Source: Ectothiorhodospiraceae bacterium
GTDB lineage: Bacteria > Pseudomonadota > Gammaproteobacteria > Nitrococcales > Aquisalimonadaceae
NCBI GenBank assembly: GCA_007125985.1
Contig: SLCE01000051.1
Location: 4,991 to 68,990, forward strand
DNA: 64,000 nucleotides
Reading direction: 5' to 3'
Part shown: positions 37,054-45,188 of the stretch, piece after piece
Position numbering within the stretch: the first letter of the stretch is position 1
Layout of the letters: each line of letters begins with the position of its first letter
Made by a program: the position numbers and the translations under genes
The notes under the pieces: model-generated
Databases searched by the model: none
What the model saw: only the letters and a program-made list of their open reading frames with translations
Told to the model about the DNA's origin: nothing

Positions 37054-38856
37054 ATGAGCGACATGCTGATCAACCGCCGAGACATGGCGTTCCAGCTTTA
37101 TGAGCTGCTGGACGCGGAATCCCTGACCCAGCGCGAGCGCTTCGCGGAGCACAGCCGGGAAACCTTCGATGCGGCGCTGGAGACGGCGCGGCAGATAGCC
37201 TTCGAGCAGTTCGCGCCGCATAACCGCAAAGGGGACGAAAACGAGCCCCAGTTCCGCGACGGCGGGGCTGTGACTATTCCGGAGACCAAGGAAGCGTGGA
37301 AGGCCTTTGCCGAGGCCGGTTTTATTGCCGCGCACCATGATGCGGACCTGGGCGGCATGCAGCTACCCAGTCTGATCCAGCAGGCCTGCCAATCGCATTT
37401 TTTTGCCGCCAATGTCTCCACGGCCGCCTACCCCTTCCTCACCATCGCGGCAGCAAACCTGCTGCGTGCGCATGGCTCCGAGGAGCAGCAGGCGCGCTGG
37501 CTCCCGCCCATGCTGGAGGGGCGTTTCGCCGGCACCATGGCGCTTACCGAGCCGCATGCGGGCTCGTCGCTCGGGGATCTGCGCACCCGCGCCATCCAGC
37601 AGGATGACGGCAGCTATCGTATCGTTGGTAACAAGATCTACATTTCAGGTGGTGACCAGGACATCACCGAGAACATCGTCCACATGACCCTGGCCCGCAT
37701 CGAGGGCGCGCCGGAGGGCGTGAAGGGCATCTCGCTGTTCATCGTGCCCAAGTTCAGGCTGGATGCGGAAGGCAAACCCGGGGAGCGGAACGATGTCACG
37801 CTGGCGGGGCTCCTTCACAAGATGGGCTACCGTGGCACCACCTCCACGGTGTTGAATTTTGGTGACAACGGCGACTGCCATGGCTATCTGGTGGGCGAAC
37901 CCCACCAAGGCCTCAGTTACATGTTCCACATGATGAACGAGGCGCGCATCGGCGTGGGTGTGGGCGCGGCCATGCTTGGCTACACCGGCTATCTGCATAG
38001 CCTGGATTATGCCCGGCAGCGTCCCCAGGGGCGTCCGGTCACCCGCAAAGGCCAGGGCGGGCAGGTACCCATCATTCAGCATCCGGACGTGCGCCGCATG
38101 CTGCTGGCGCAGAAGGCTTATGCGGAAGGCGCGTTGGCGCTGTGCCTCTACGCATCACGCCTGTTCGACGACAGCACCAGCGCGCCGGATGAGCGTCAGC
38201 GCGAACGCGCCCAGCAACTGCTGGATCTGATGACACCGATCGTGAAGTCCTGGACGGCTGACTACGGGGTCAAGGCCAATGACCTGGCCATCCAGGTGCT
38301 GGGTGGTGCCGGGTACACCCGCGACTACCCGGTGGAGCAGTTCTACCGCGACAACCGGCTGAACCCCATCCACGAAGGCACCAACGGGATTCAGGCCATG
38401 GACCTGCTTGGCCGCAAGATGGGGCAGGCCGGCGGTGCTGGTTTCCAGGCCTTGCTGGAGGATGTACAGGCAACCCTGGCGGAAGCCCGCGGCCTGGACG
38501 GGCTGTCTGATCTGGTCACCGCGCTTGAGGCGGCCATGGCTGTGGTGATCGAAACCGCACAGATGCTGGCCGACGCGGGCAAAACCCAGGGGCCGGAGAA
38601 GGCGCTGGCGAACGCCTACGTGTTTCTCGACATGATGGGCCGGTTCGCCGTGAGCTGGCTGTGGCTGCGCAAGGCCGTGTTGGCGGAGCGCGCGCTGGAC
38701 GCGGAACTGCCGGCGGCTGAACAGGCATTCTATGAGGGCAAGCGACAGGCGGCCCGTTACTACCTGCGGTGGGAACTGCCCGCGGTTCATCAGCAGGCGG
38801 AACTGCTGCAATCGCTGGATACCACCACATTGGACATGAACGAGGACTGGTTCTGA
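37054..38856 (+). CDS. Long acyl-CoA dehydrogenase (about 600 aa, with C-terminal extension domain)
   Basis: ACAD motifs (GTMALTEPHAGSSLGDL, YISGGDQD, GGAGYTRDYPVEQFYRD). Confidence 0.9.
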   Translation: MSDMLINRRDMAFQLYELLDAESLTQRERFAEHSRETFDAALETARQIAFEQFAPHNRKGDENEPQFRDGGAVTIPETKEAWKAFAEAGFIAAHHDADLGGMQLPSLIQQACQSHFFAANVSTAAYPFLTIAAANLLRAHGSEEQQARWLPPMLEGRFAGTMALTEPHAGSSLGDLRTRAIQQDDGSYRIVGNKIYISGGDQDITENIVHMTLARIEGAPEGVKGISLFIVPKFRLDAEGKPGERNDVTLAGLLHKMGYRGTTSTVLNFGDNGDCHGYLVGEPHQGLSYMFHMMNEARIGVGVGAAMLGYTGYLHSLDYARQRPQGRPVTRKGQGGQVPIIQHPDVRRMLLAQKAYAEGALALCLYASRLFDDSTSAPDERQRERAQQLLDLMTPIVKSWTADYGVKANDLAIQVLGGAGYTRDYPVEQFYRDNRLNPIHEGTNGIQAMDLLGRKMGQAGGAGFQALLEDVQATLAEARGLDGLSDLVTALEAAMAVVIETAQMLADAGKTQGPEKALANAYVFLDMMGRFAVSWLWLRKAVLAERALDAELPAAEQAFYEGKRQAARYYLRWELPAVHQQAELLQSLDTTTLDMNEDWF

Positions 38857-38884
38857 GCCGGTCCCCTTGGCAGGAGGTTGCTTT

Positions 38885-39898
38885 GTGAGCGATCAGATGA
38901 ATACCCAGGTCAAGTTGGTGCAACGCCCGGTGGGCGAGCCCGCGCCCGAGTGCTTCCAGGTGGAGCAGGCGCCCGTAACGGCGCCCGCGGATGGCGAGGT
39001 GTTGTACAAAGTACTCTACATCTCGCTGGATCCGGCCATGCGCGGCTGGATGAACGAGGGCAAGTCCTATATTCCGCCGGTGGGCCTGGGCGAGGTCATG
39101 CGCGCCGGCGGCGTTGGGCGCGTGATCCAATCGGCCCATCCCGATTTCAAGGAAGGCGATTACGTCAGCGGCCATCCGGGCGCCCAGGAATATGCCGTGG
39201 AGAAAGGCGGTGAACTGATTGCCATTGACCCGGACGTGGCGCCCTTGCAGCGGTATCTGGGTGTCTTGGGCATGCCTGGCATCACGGCCTATTTCGGCCT
39301 GCTGGATGTGGGGCAGCCCAAAGCCGGTGAAACGGTGCTCATCTCCGGCGCCGCTGGCGCGGTGGGTTCCACCGTTGGACAGATCGCCAAGCTCAAGGGA
39401 TGCAGAGTGGTGGGCATCGCCGGCGGCGCCGAGAAGTGCGACTTCCTGCGTGAGCTGGGATTCGACGCCGTGATTGACTACAAGTCGGAGAACATCTTCC
39501 GCAGCCTCAAACAGGCCTGCCCGGATGGGGTGGACGTCTTCTTTGACAACGTCGGCGGCCCGGCGCTGGAGGCCGCGCTGGCGCGGCTTCGGTTCCGCGG
39601 GCGTGTGGTACTCTGCGGGGCCATCTCCCAGTACAACGCCACCGAACGTCCTACCGGTCCTTCCAACTATATGTCGCTACTGGTCAACCGGGCGCGCATG
39701 GAGGGCTTTGTGGTGTTTGACTACAAGGATCGCTACGCGGAGGCGGTCCGCGAGATGGCCGGCTGGATCGAGCAGGGCAAGCTGCAGGCCCGGGAACACG
39801 TGGTTGAAGGGCTGCCGCAGTTTCACAGCCACCTGATGATGCTGTTCCACGGCGAGAACTTCGGCAAGCTGGTGCTCAAGGTGGCGGACGACGCCTGA
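38885..39898 (+). CDS. NADP-dependent oxidoreductase, MDR family (YncB / alkenal reductase-like)
   Basis: AGGAGG RBS 7 nt before GTG 38885. Nucleotide motif SGAAGAVGSTVGQIAK. Confidence 0.85.
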   Translation: MSDQMNTQVKLVQRPVGEPAPECFQVEQAPVTAPADGEVLYKVLYISLDPAMRGWMNEGKSYIPPVGLGEVMRAGGVGRVIQSAHPDFKEGDYVSGHPGAQEYAVEKGGELIAIDPDVAPLQRYLGVLGMPGITAYFGLLDVGQPKAGETVLISGAAGAVGSTVGQIAKLKGCRVVGIAGGAEKCDFLRELGFDAVIDYKSENIFRSLKQACPDGVDVFFDNVGGPALEAALARLRFRGRVVLCGAISQYNATERPTGPSNYMSLLVNRARMEGFVVFDYKDRYAEAVREMAGWIEQGKLQAREHVVEGLPQFHSHLMMLFHGENFGKLVLKVADDA

Positions 39899-39978
39899 GA
39901 CTTGGCAACGTGAAAAGATAACCCGCCCGGCCGCCTGGTCGGGCGATTCTGATAGCAACAATTTGGAGGAAAGCATTC

Positions 39979-40959
39979 ATGCGTGCAGTGATCTGTAAGG
40001 AATACGGGCCGCCGGAAAGCCTGGTGGTTGGTGAACTGGAAACCCGCCCGGTGGGCGAGAACGACGTGCGTATCGGCGTTCACGCCTGCGGCGTCAACTT
40101 CCCGGATACCCTGATTATCCAGGGCAAGTACCAGTTCAAGCCGGAAATGCCGTTTGCGCCCGGTTCGGAAGTGGCCGGGGAGATCCTGGAAGTCGGCTCC
40201 GGCGTGAAAAACCTGAAGCCGGGTGATCGGGTGATGGCCATGGTGGGCCATGGCGGCTTTGCCGAAGAGGTGGTGATTGGCGCCGAGCGCGTCATGCCCA
40301 TGGCCGATGCTATGAGCTACGAAGTGGCCGCCGGCTTCCCGATGGTGTACGGCACGTCCTACCACGCGTTGAAACAACGCGGGCAGCTGCAACCGGGTGA
40401 GACCCTGCTGGTGCTGGGTGCCTCCGGGGGCGTGGGTCTGGCGGCAGTGGAACTGGGCAAAGCCATGGGCGCCCGGGTGATTGCCGCTGCCAGCTCCGAT
40501 GAAAAGCTCCAGCTGGCAAAGGAGCACGGTGCCGACGACGTGGTGAATTACTCTGAAGGCAGCCTCAAGGAGAAGGTCAAGGAGCTGACCGATGGTAAGG
40601 GCGCCGACGTGATCTACGACCCGGTGGGCGGCGACTACTTCGACGAATGTCTGCGCTGCATCAACTGGAACGGCCGCCTGCTGGTGGTGGGCTTTGCCAG
40701 CGGCCGTATTCCCAAGGCTCCGGCCAACCTGCCGCTGCTCAAGGGTTCCAGCATTGTTGGTGTGTTCTGGGGGGATTTCGTTCGCCGTCAGCCCAAGGAC
40801 AACACGCAGAACTTCATGGAGCTGTTCGGTTTCCTGAAGGAAGGCAAGATCCGGCCGCACGTCTCCGCCACATTCAGCCTGGATGACGCCCCGCAGGCCT
40901 TGAACCATCTTGTCAGCCGCAAGGCCACCGGCAAGGTGGTGGTGAAAGTCCGTGATTAA
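39979..40959 (+). CDS. NADPH:quinone oxidoreductase-like MDR protein
   Basis: GVNFPD, PGSEVAGE and GASGGVGLAAVELGK motifs. GGAGGA RBS. Confidence 0.85.
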   Translation: MRAVICKEYGPPESLVVGELETRPVGENDVRIGVHACGVNFPDTLIIQGKYQFKPEMPFAPGSEVAGEILEVGSGVKNLKPGDRVMAMVGHGGFAEEVVIGAERVMPMADAMSYEVAAGFPMVYGTSYHALKQRGQLQPGETLLVLGASGGVGLAAVELGKAMGARVIAAASSDEKLQLAKEHGADDVVNYSEGSLKEKVKELTDGKGADVIYDPVGGDYFDECLRCINWNGRLLVVGFASGRIPKAPANLPLLKGSSIVGVFWGDFVRRQPKDNTQNFMELFGFLKEGKIRPHVSATFSLDDAPQALNHLVSRKATGKVVVKVRD

Positions 40960-41034
40960 GCTGACTCACCCCTGGTGAAGGTCAGAACGGGGTCGGCGGC
41001 AAACGCCGGCCCCGTCCGCCGGCCAGGAAGCGGG

Positions 41035-41072
41035 CCTTAAGGAAGCGCGGATTTATTCCCATGCCGCTTCGC
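41035..41072 (-). repeat. Dispersed intergenic repeat, copy C (reverse orientation)
   Basis: The reverse complement, GCGAAGCGGCATGGGAATAAATCCGCGCTTCCTTAAGG, aligns with copies at 44298, 50903 and 56110. Confidence 0.8.
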
Positions 41073-41101
41073 TAATCGCCGGAAATCATCGCCACAATGG
41101 C

Positions 41102-41515
41102 TCAGGCCGCTTCTCTCGCGGCGATTTCCCGAATACGCTCCACCATGGCGAAAAAGCCGTTACGCCGGTTCGGCGTGAGCTGCTGTTCCAGCCCGAGTTT
41201 TTCGAACAGCCCTTTGATGTCGGTGCCCTGAATTTCCTCAGGTGTTCGCCCGGAATACGCCATCAGGATAATGGCGATCAGCCCCTTGACGATGAACGCG
41301 TCACTGTCGGCCCGGAAGTTCAGCCGGGGAGGGGGGCCGGGCTCCACTTCATGAATGAGCCACACGTTACTGGTACAGCCCTCCACCCGGTTTTCCTCGG
41401 TCTGCGCCTCTGCTGGCAATTCCGGCAGTTGTCGGCCCAGATCGATCAGCAGGCGGTAGCGCTCCTCCCAGTTGTCGAGGAATTCGAAGTTCTCGACCAG
41501 ATCATCCAATTGCAT
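41102..41515 (-). CDS. sufE: SufE/CsdE-family cysteine desulfuration (sulfur acceptor) protein
   Basis: Active-site loop RVEGCTSNVW and N-terminal FEFLDNWEERYRLLIDLG. Confidence 0.88.
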   Translation of the reverse strand: MQLDDLVENFEFLDNWEERYRLLIDLGRQLPELPAEAQTEENRVEGCTSNVWLIHEVEPGPPPRLNFRADSDAFIVKGLIAIILMAYSGRTPEEIQGTDIKGLFEKLGLEQQLTPNRRNGFFAMVERIREIAAREAA

Positions 41516-41637
41516 ACGATCAGCAAATTCCGGTTGTTGGCTAATTCAGGAAGGATAACACAGGCCCGCCCGGCTGAGCTGTGCACAGGCGCTGTGGCAT
41601 ACTGTCCCCGGAGACATGTTCACGGGAGCAAACGCGG

Positions 41638-41898
41638 ATGCTGGTGGTGGAGTTCTATGGCGTGCTGCAGCAAGTGGCCGGCGCCAAATCCCTCAAGCTG
41701 GAGGCGGAACAGGCATCCCTTACGGTGGATGAGGCGCTGGAACTGCTGAGACAACAGATGCCAGGGCTGGCCGAGCACTTGCCGCGGGTGGCCTGCGCCC
41801 AGGCTGATCAACTGGTTCGGCGTGACCAGCCACTGGACCCGGAGCAGCCATTGGTGCTTCTTCCCCCGGTGAGTGGCGGTTGTGGGAGGCAGGCATGA
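41638..41898 (+). CDS. moaD: MoaD molybdopterin synthase sulfur-carrier subunit, with a 5-aa extension after Gly-Gly
   Basis: 86-aa beta-grasp protein ending LLPPVSGG-CGRQA-stop. The stop is embedded in the moaE start (ATGA). Confidence 0.8.
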   Translation: MLVVEFYGVLQQVAGAKSLKLEAEQASLTVDEALELLRQQMPGLAEHLPRVACAQADQLVRRDQPLDPEQPLVLLPPVSGGCGRQA

Positions 41899-42350
41899 GC
41901 TGGATGACAGACAACCCCCTGGATCTGGATTCGCTGCTGCAGGAGACGGATGATGATACCTGCGGCGCGTTGGTCGTGTTCGCCGGCACCGTGCGGAACC
42001 ACCATGAAGGCAAGGCAGTCAGCGGGATGAGCTATTCCGCGTACAAGCCCATGGCCGACCGCGTTCTCAGGGAGTTGGAGCAGGAGACACTGGCGCGCTA
42101 TCCGGTGGAGCAATGCCGCATCATGCATCGCACGGGTGATCTGGTGATCGGTGAGGCCAGTGTGCTGGTCGTGGTCCGCTCCCATCACCGGGCGGACGCC
42201 TTTGACGCCGCGCGCTATGCAATTGATACGCTCAAGATGCGCCTCCCAGTCTGGAAGCACGACATGTACACCGATGGAAGCACCGCCTACCAGGACGGTG
42301 TGCCCCTGGAAGATCCGCCGGCATCCGGCGCCCGGGCGAAGGAGGACTAA
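41895..42350 (+). CDS. moaE: MoaE molybdopterin synthase catalytic subunit
   Basis: GALVVFAGTVRNHHEGKAV and LPVWKHD motifs. Coupled to moaD and moaB. Confidence 0.88.
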   Translation: MSWMTDNPLDLDSLLQETDDDTCGALVVFAGTVRNHHEGKAVSGMSYSAYKPMADRVLRELEQETLARYPVEQCRIMHRTGDLVIGEASVLVVVRSHHRADAFDAARYAIDTLKMRLPVWKHDMYTDGSTAYQDGVPLEDPPASGARAKED

Positions 42351-42877
42351 TGGAACTGCAAGCTGATCGTGACGGTTTCATGGCGTTGCCTATCGCGGTG
42401 CTGACGGTCTCCGACACGCGTACCGAGGCGGATGACAAATCCGGCAAGCTGCTGGCGGACCGGCTTCAGCGTGCCGGCCATCAGCTGCAGGACAAGGTGA
42501 TTGTCCCCGATGACATCTACCAGGTGCGGGCTGTGGTCTCACGCTGGATAGCCGATGAGGCGGTGAAGGTGGTGATCAGCACGGGTGGAACCGGTATCAC
42601 CGGCCGGGATACCTCGCCCGAGGCGGTTCAGCCACTGCTGGACATGCAGATCGACGGCTTCGGTGAACTCTTCCGGCAGCTTTCCTTCGAGGAGATCGGA
42701 AGCTCCACCATTCAGTCCCGGGCTCTGGGTGGAGTTGCAAACGGCACTCTGGTGTTCGTGTTGCCCGGATCATCCGGAGCCTGCGCAACCGCGTGGGATC
42801 GCATCCTTCAGCCGCAGCTGGACCTGCGGACCAAACCCTGCAATTTCGTCTCCCTCATGCCGCGCCTGCGGGAATAA
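42350..42877 (+). CDS. moaB: MoaB/MogA-family molybdenum cofactor biosynthesis protein
   Basis: TVSDTR and TGGTGITGRD motifs. ATG shares one nt with the moaE stop. Confidence 0.88.
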   Translation: MELQADRDGFMALPIAVLTVSDTRTEADDKSGKLLADRLQRAGHQLQDKVIVPDDIYQVRAVVSRWIADEAVKVVISTGGTGITGRDTSPEAVQPLLDMQIDGFGELFRQLSFEEIGSSTIQSRALGGVANGTLVFVLPGSSGACATAWDRILQPQLDLRTKPCNFVSLMPRLRE

Positions 42878-42965
42878 GGCCGGCTTGTCCTTGTGTCACG
42901 ACGGTCTATGCTGAACGTGGAGATCCGGGCGTCCTCCGGATCCGAGTCGGCGACGGGAGTGACCC

Positions 42966-43517
42966 ATGAAGCGACAACTGACTGCGTTTGCTGCCTCTGC
43001 CCTGCTGGCTGTCCCCATGCTTGCCGTGCATGCTGCCGGGCATGGAGATCATGGGCCAAGGGCCATGGCGGACATTCTTGATGCCTCCGGGGAGTCCATT
43101 GGAGAAGCCCAGTTGATTCAGGGACCAACCGGGACGGTTATCCGTCTGGAGCTGCGTGGCCTGCCTGCCGGGCCCAAAGCGATCCACATCCATGGAACCG
43201 GCACCTGTGAGGACCATGATCACGGCTTTCAGGCATCCGGAGGCCATCTGAACCCGGATGGGAAGCAGCATGGCCTGCTCAATCCCGAGGGGCCGGATGC
43301 GGGGGATCTGCCGAATTTCTATGTGCATGAGGATGGGTATGCCTGGGCGGAATTCTTCACACCCATGGCATCTCTGGACGGGGCGGTGGGTGCCCGGATT
43401 CTGGATGACGACGGTGCGGCCCTGGTGATCCATGAGAATCCGGATGACCATGAAACTCAGCCTATCGGTGGAGCCGGCGCCCGAATTGCGTGTGGCGTGA
43501 TCGAGGCGGCGCACTGA
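42966..43517 (+). CDS. sodC: Periplasmic Cu,Zn superoxide dismutase
   Basis: Signal peptide, metal ligands (IHIHGTGTC, GGHLNP, VIHENPDD), and C-terminal GGAGARIACGVI. Confidence 0.92.
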   Translation: MKRQLTAFAASALLAVPMLAVHAAGHGDHGPRAMADILDASGESIGEAQLIQGPTGTVIRLELRGLPAGPKAIHIHGTGTCEDHDHGFQASGGHLNPDGKQHGLLNPEGPDAGDLPNFYVHEDGYAWAEFFTPMASLDGAVGARILDDDGAALVIHENPDDHETQPIGGAGARIACGVIEAAH

Positions 43518-43566
43518 CTCCAGCTGTGCGCTGCGACCCCATGTCGGCCGGCAGCCCGGAGGGATC

Positions 43567-44274
43567 ATGCGACGTCGATCCTTTGTGAAAGTGTGCGCCT
43601 TGGGGGCCGGCGCGATGGCGGCGGGCCCTGGCCTCCTGTTTTCCAGTGACCTGGTGCGCAGGGAGTATTCCAGAGTTCGACTGGTGGACTTCCACGGCCA
43701 GCCGCTGCGGCCGGCCGAACTGAGCCCGCAGCGGCACTATGTGTTCAATTATCCCTACCTGGCAACACCTTGTTTTCTGCTCAATCTGAATCGCCCCGTG
43801 CCCGGGCTCAACGGCCTGAGCACGGAACAGGGTGATCGGTACGCTTGGCAGGGTGGGGTGGGGCCGCAACGATCGCTGGTGGCCTATTCGGCGATCTGTG
43901 CCCACAAGATGGCGCATCCCACCACCGCAGTCAGTTACATCAGTTTCCGCCAGCCGCGCAATGGGGATGACCCGGAAACCGGTGTGATCAGTTGCTGCGC
44001 CGAGAACAGCGTGTACGATCCTTTCCGCGGCGGAAGAGTTATTTCCGGCCCAGCGCCTCAGCCGTTGGCCGCCATCGTGCTGGAATACGATGCTGAAAAT
44101 GACGCCCTGTACGCACAGGGCACGCTGGGCGGCGAGATGTTTCGCCGTTTCTTCAGTGAATTTGAGGCACGCCTGTCCCTGGAGTATCCCGACGGTGATG
44201 CGGCGCGGCCGCTGGAAGGCGATGTGGAAGTGATACCTCTTGAACGGTACAGCGCGAATATCATGCAGTGCTGA
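43567..44274 (+). CDS. TAT-exported Rieske-fold-like protein with atypical cluster motifs
   Basis: Twin-arginine signal MRRRSFVKVCALGAGAMAA. Box-1-like ICAHKMAHP and box-2-like SCCAENSVYDP, in an arrangement like the arsenite oxidase small subunit. Confidence 0.6.
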   Translation: MRRRSFVKVCALGAGAMAAGPGLLFSSDLVRREYSRVRLVDFHGQPLRPAELSPQRHYVFNYPYLATPCFLLNLNRPVPGLNGLSTEQGDRYAWQGGVGPQRSLVAYSAICAHKMAHPTTAVSYISFRQPRNGDDPETGVISCCAENSVYDPFRGGRVISGPAPQPLAAIVLEYDAENDALYAQGTLGGEMFRRFFSEFEARLSLEYPDGDAARPLEGDVEVIPLERYSANIMQC

Positions 44275-44297
44275 CCGCCGCCTGTTCAGCGCACGCG

Positions 44298-44342
44298 AAT
44301 GGCTCCGCAGAGCATCATGGGAATAAATCAGTGTTTCCTTAG
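44298..44342 (+). repeat. Dispersed intergenic repeat, copy A
   Basis: AATGGCTCCGCAGAGCATCATGGGAATAAATCAGTGTTTCCTTAG, in the convergent gap between the Rieske-like and ankyrin genes. Confidence 0.85.
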
Positions 44343-44360
44343 GCTTTGGTGGGAAGAACT

Positions 44361-45089
44361 TCAGCCCCGGTCCACATGGCCCCGCAGCAATCGCAGTAAC
44401 TCCTGATCGTCACGCTGCTCCGCAATGGACAGCGCGGTGACGCCGCTGTGGTTTTCCTCGTCGGGCCTTAACCCGAGGGACAACAGGGCACGGGCCATGG
44501 CGCTATCGCCCAATTCGGCGGCGCGCATCAGCAGGGTTGACCCGTAGACATCCCGTGTGGTGGGGTCCGCTCCCAGCTCTGCCAGTGTGAGCACACTGTC
44601 GATGTGCCCCTTGGAGGTGGCCAGCATCAGCGGTGTCCAGCCGTGCCGCACCCGGTGATTCGGGTCGGCACCCGCTTCGATCAGTGTGCGGATCGCCTCC
44701 GTCTGACCGGACACCGCAGCGTACATCAGCGCGGTGCCACCCTTCGGGTTGGTGCGGTCCACGGCGGCTCCATAATCCAGCAACAGCCGCAGTGACCGTG
44801 TCTCACCACGTTCCGCCGCCCACATCAGTGCCGTTTTGCCGGCGTAGTCTCCATTGGCGGTGGTGGCCTCCGGCGATACGCCCTGATCCAGCAGAATCGC
44901 CACGCGAGTCGGCTGTCCGTCCGCGATTGCCCGAAGCAACGCATCGCCGGAGCCCGCAGCGACCTGGGACACCTGCAACAGCAGCAGCGACAGCAGTGAT
45001 GCGATCAGCAGGATGCGCCGCGCGTGAGTAGCCCGTACGTTGCGTTGCCATGGTAATCCCGGCGAGAAGGTGAGTATCATGAGCGCCAT
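44361..45089 (-). CDS. Secreted/periplasmic ankyrin-repeat protein
   Basis: Signal-like RRILLIASLLSLLLLQVSQVAAG followed by about 5 ankyrin repeats (G.TALMWAA..G, GGTALMYAA, GWTPLMLAT, GSTLLMRAA, GVTALSIA). The rest of the 557-aa track ORF is antisense to apbC and was trimmed. Confidence 0.85.
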   Translation of the reverse strand: MALMILTFSPGLPWQRNVRATHARRILLIASLLSLLLLQVSQVAAGSGDALLRAIADGQPTRVAILLDQGVSPEATTANGDYAGKTALMWAAERGETRSLRLLLDYGAAVDRTNPKGGTALMYAAVSGQTEAIRTLIEAGADPNHRVRHGWTPLMLATSKGHIDSVLTLAELGADPTTRDVYGSTLLMRAAELGDSAMARALLSLGLRPDEENHSGVTALSIAEQRDDQELLRLLRGHVDRG

Positions 45090-45188
45090 CCCGAGCAGTG
45101 CCGTAAGGTCGGTATTAGCAGATCTGACCCGATGCGGCAACTGGGCAGTCACATGGCCGGCGCATGCCGGCACTGCAGGAGGTTGACC

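Noticed and set aside
36160-37338. 392-aa minus-strand ORF, and similar ORFs at 39823..40908 and 20290..21132
   Set aside because: Each is antisense to a well-supported gene (SDR/ACAD, quinone oxidoreductase, resB). High-GC artefacts.
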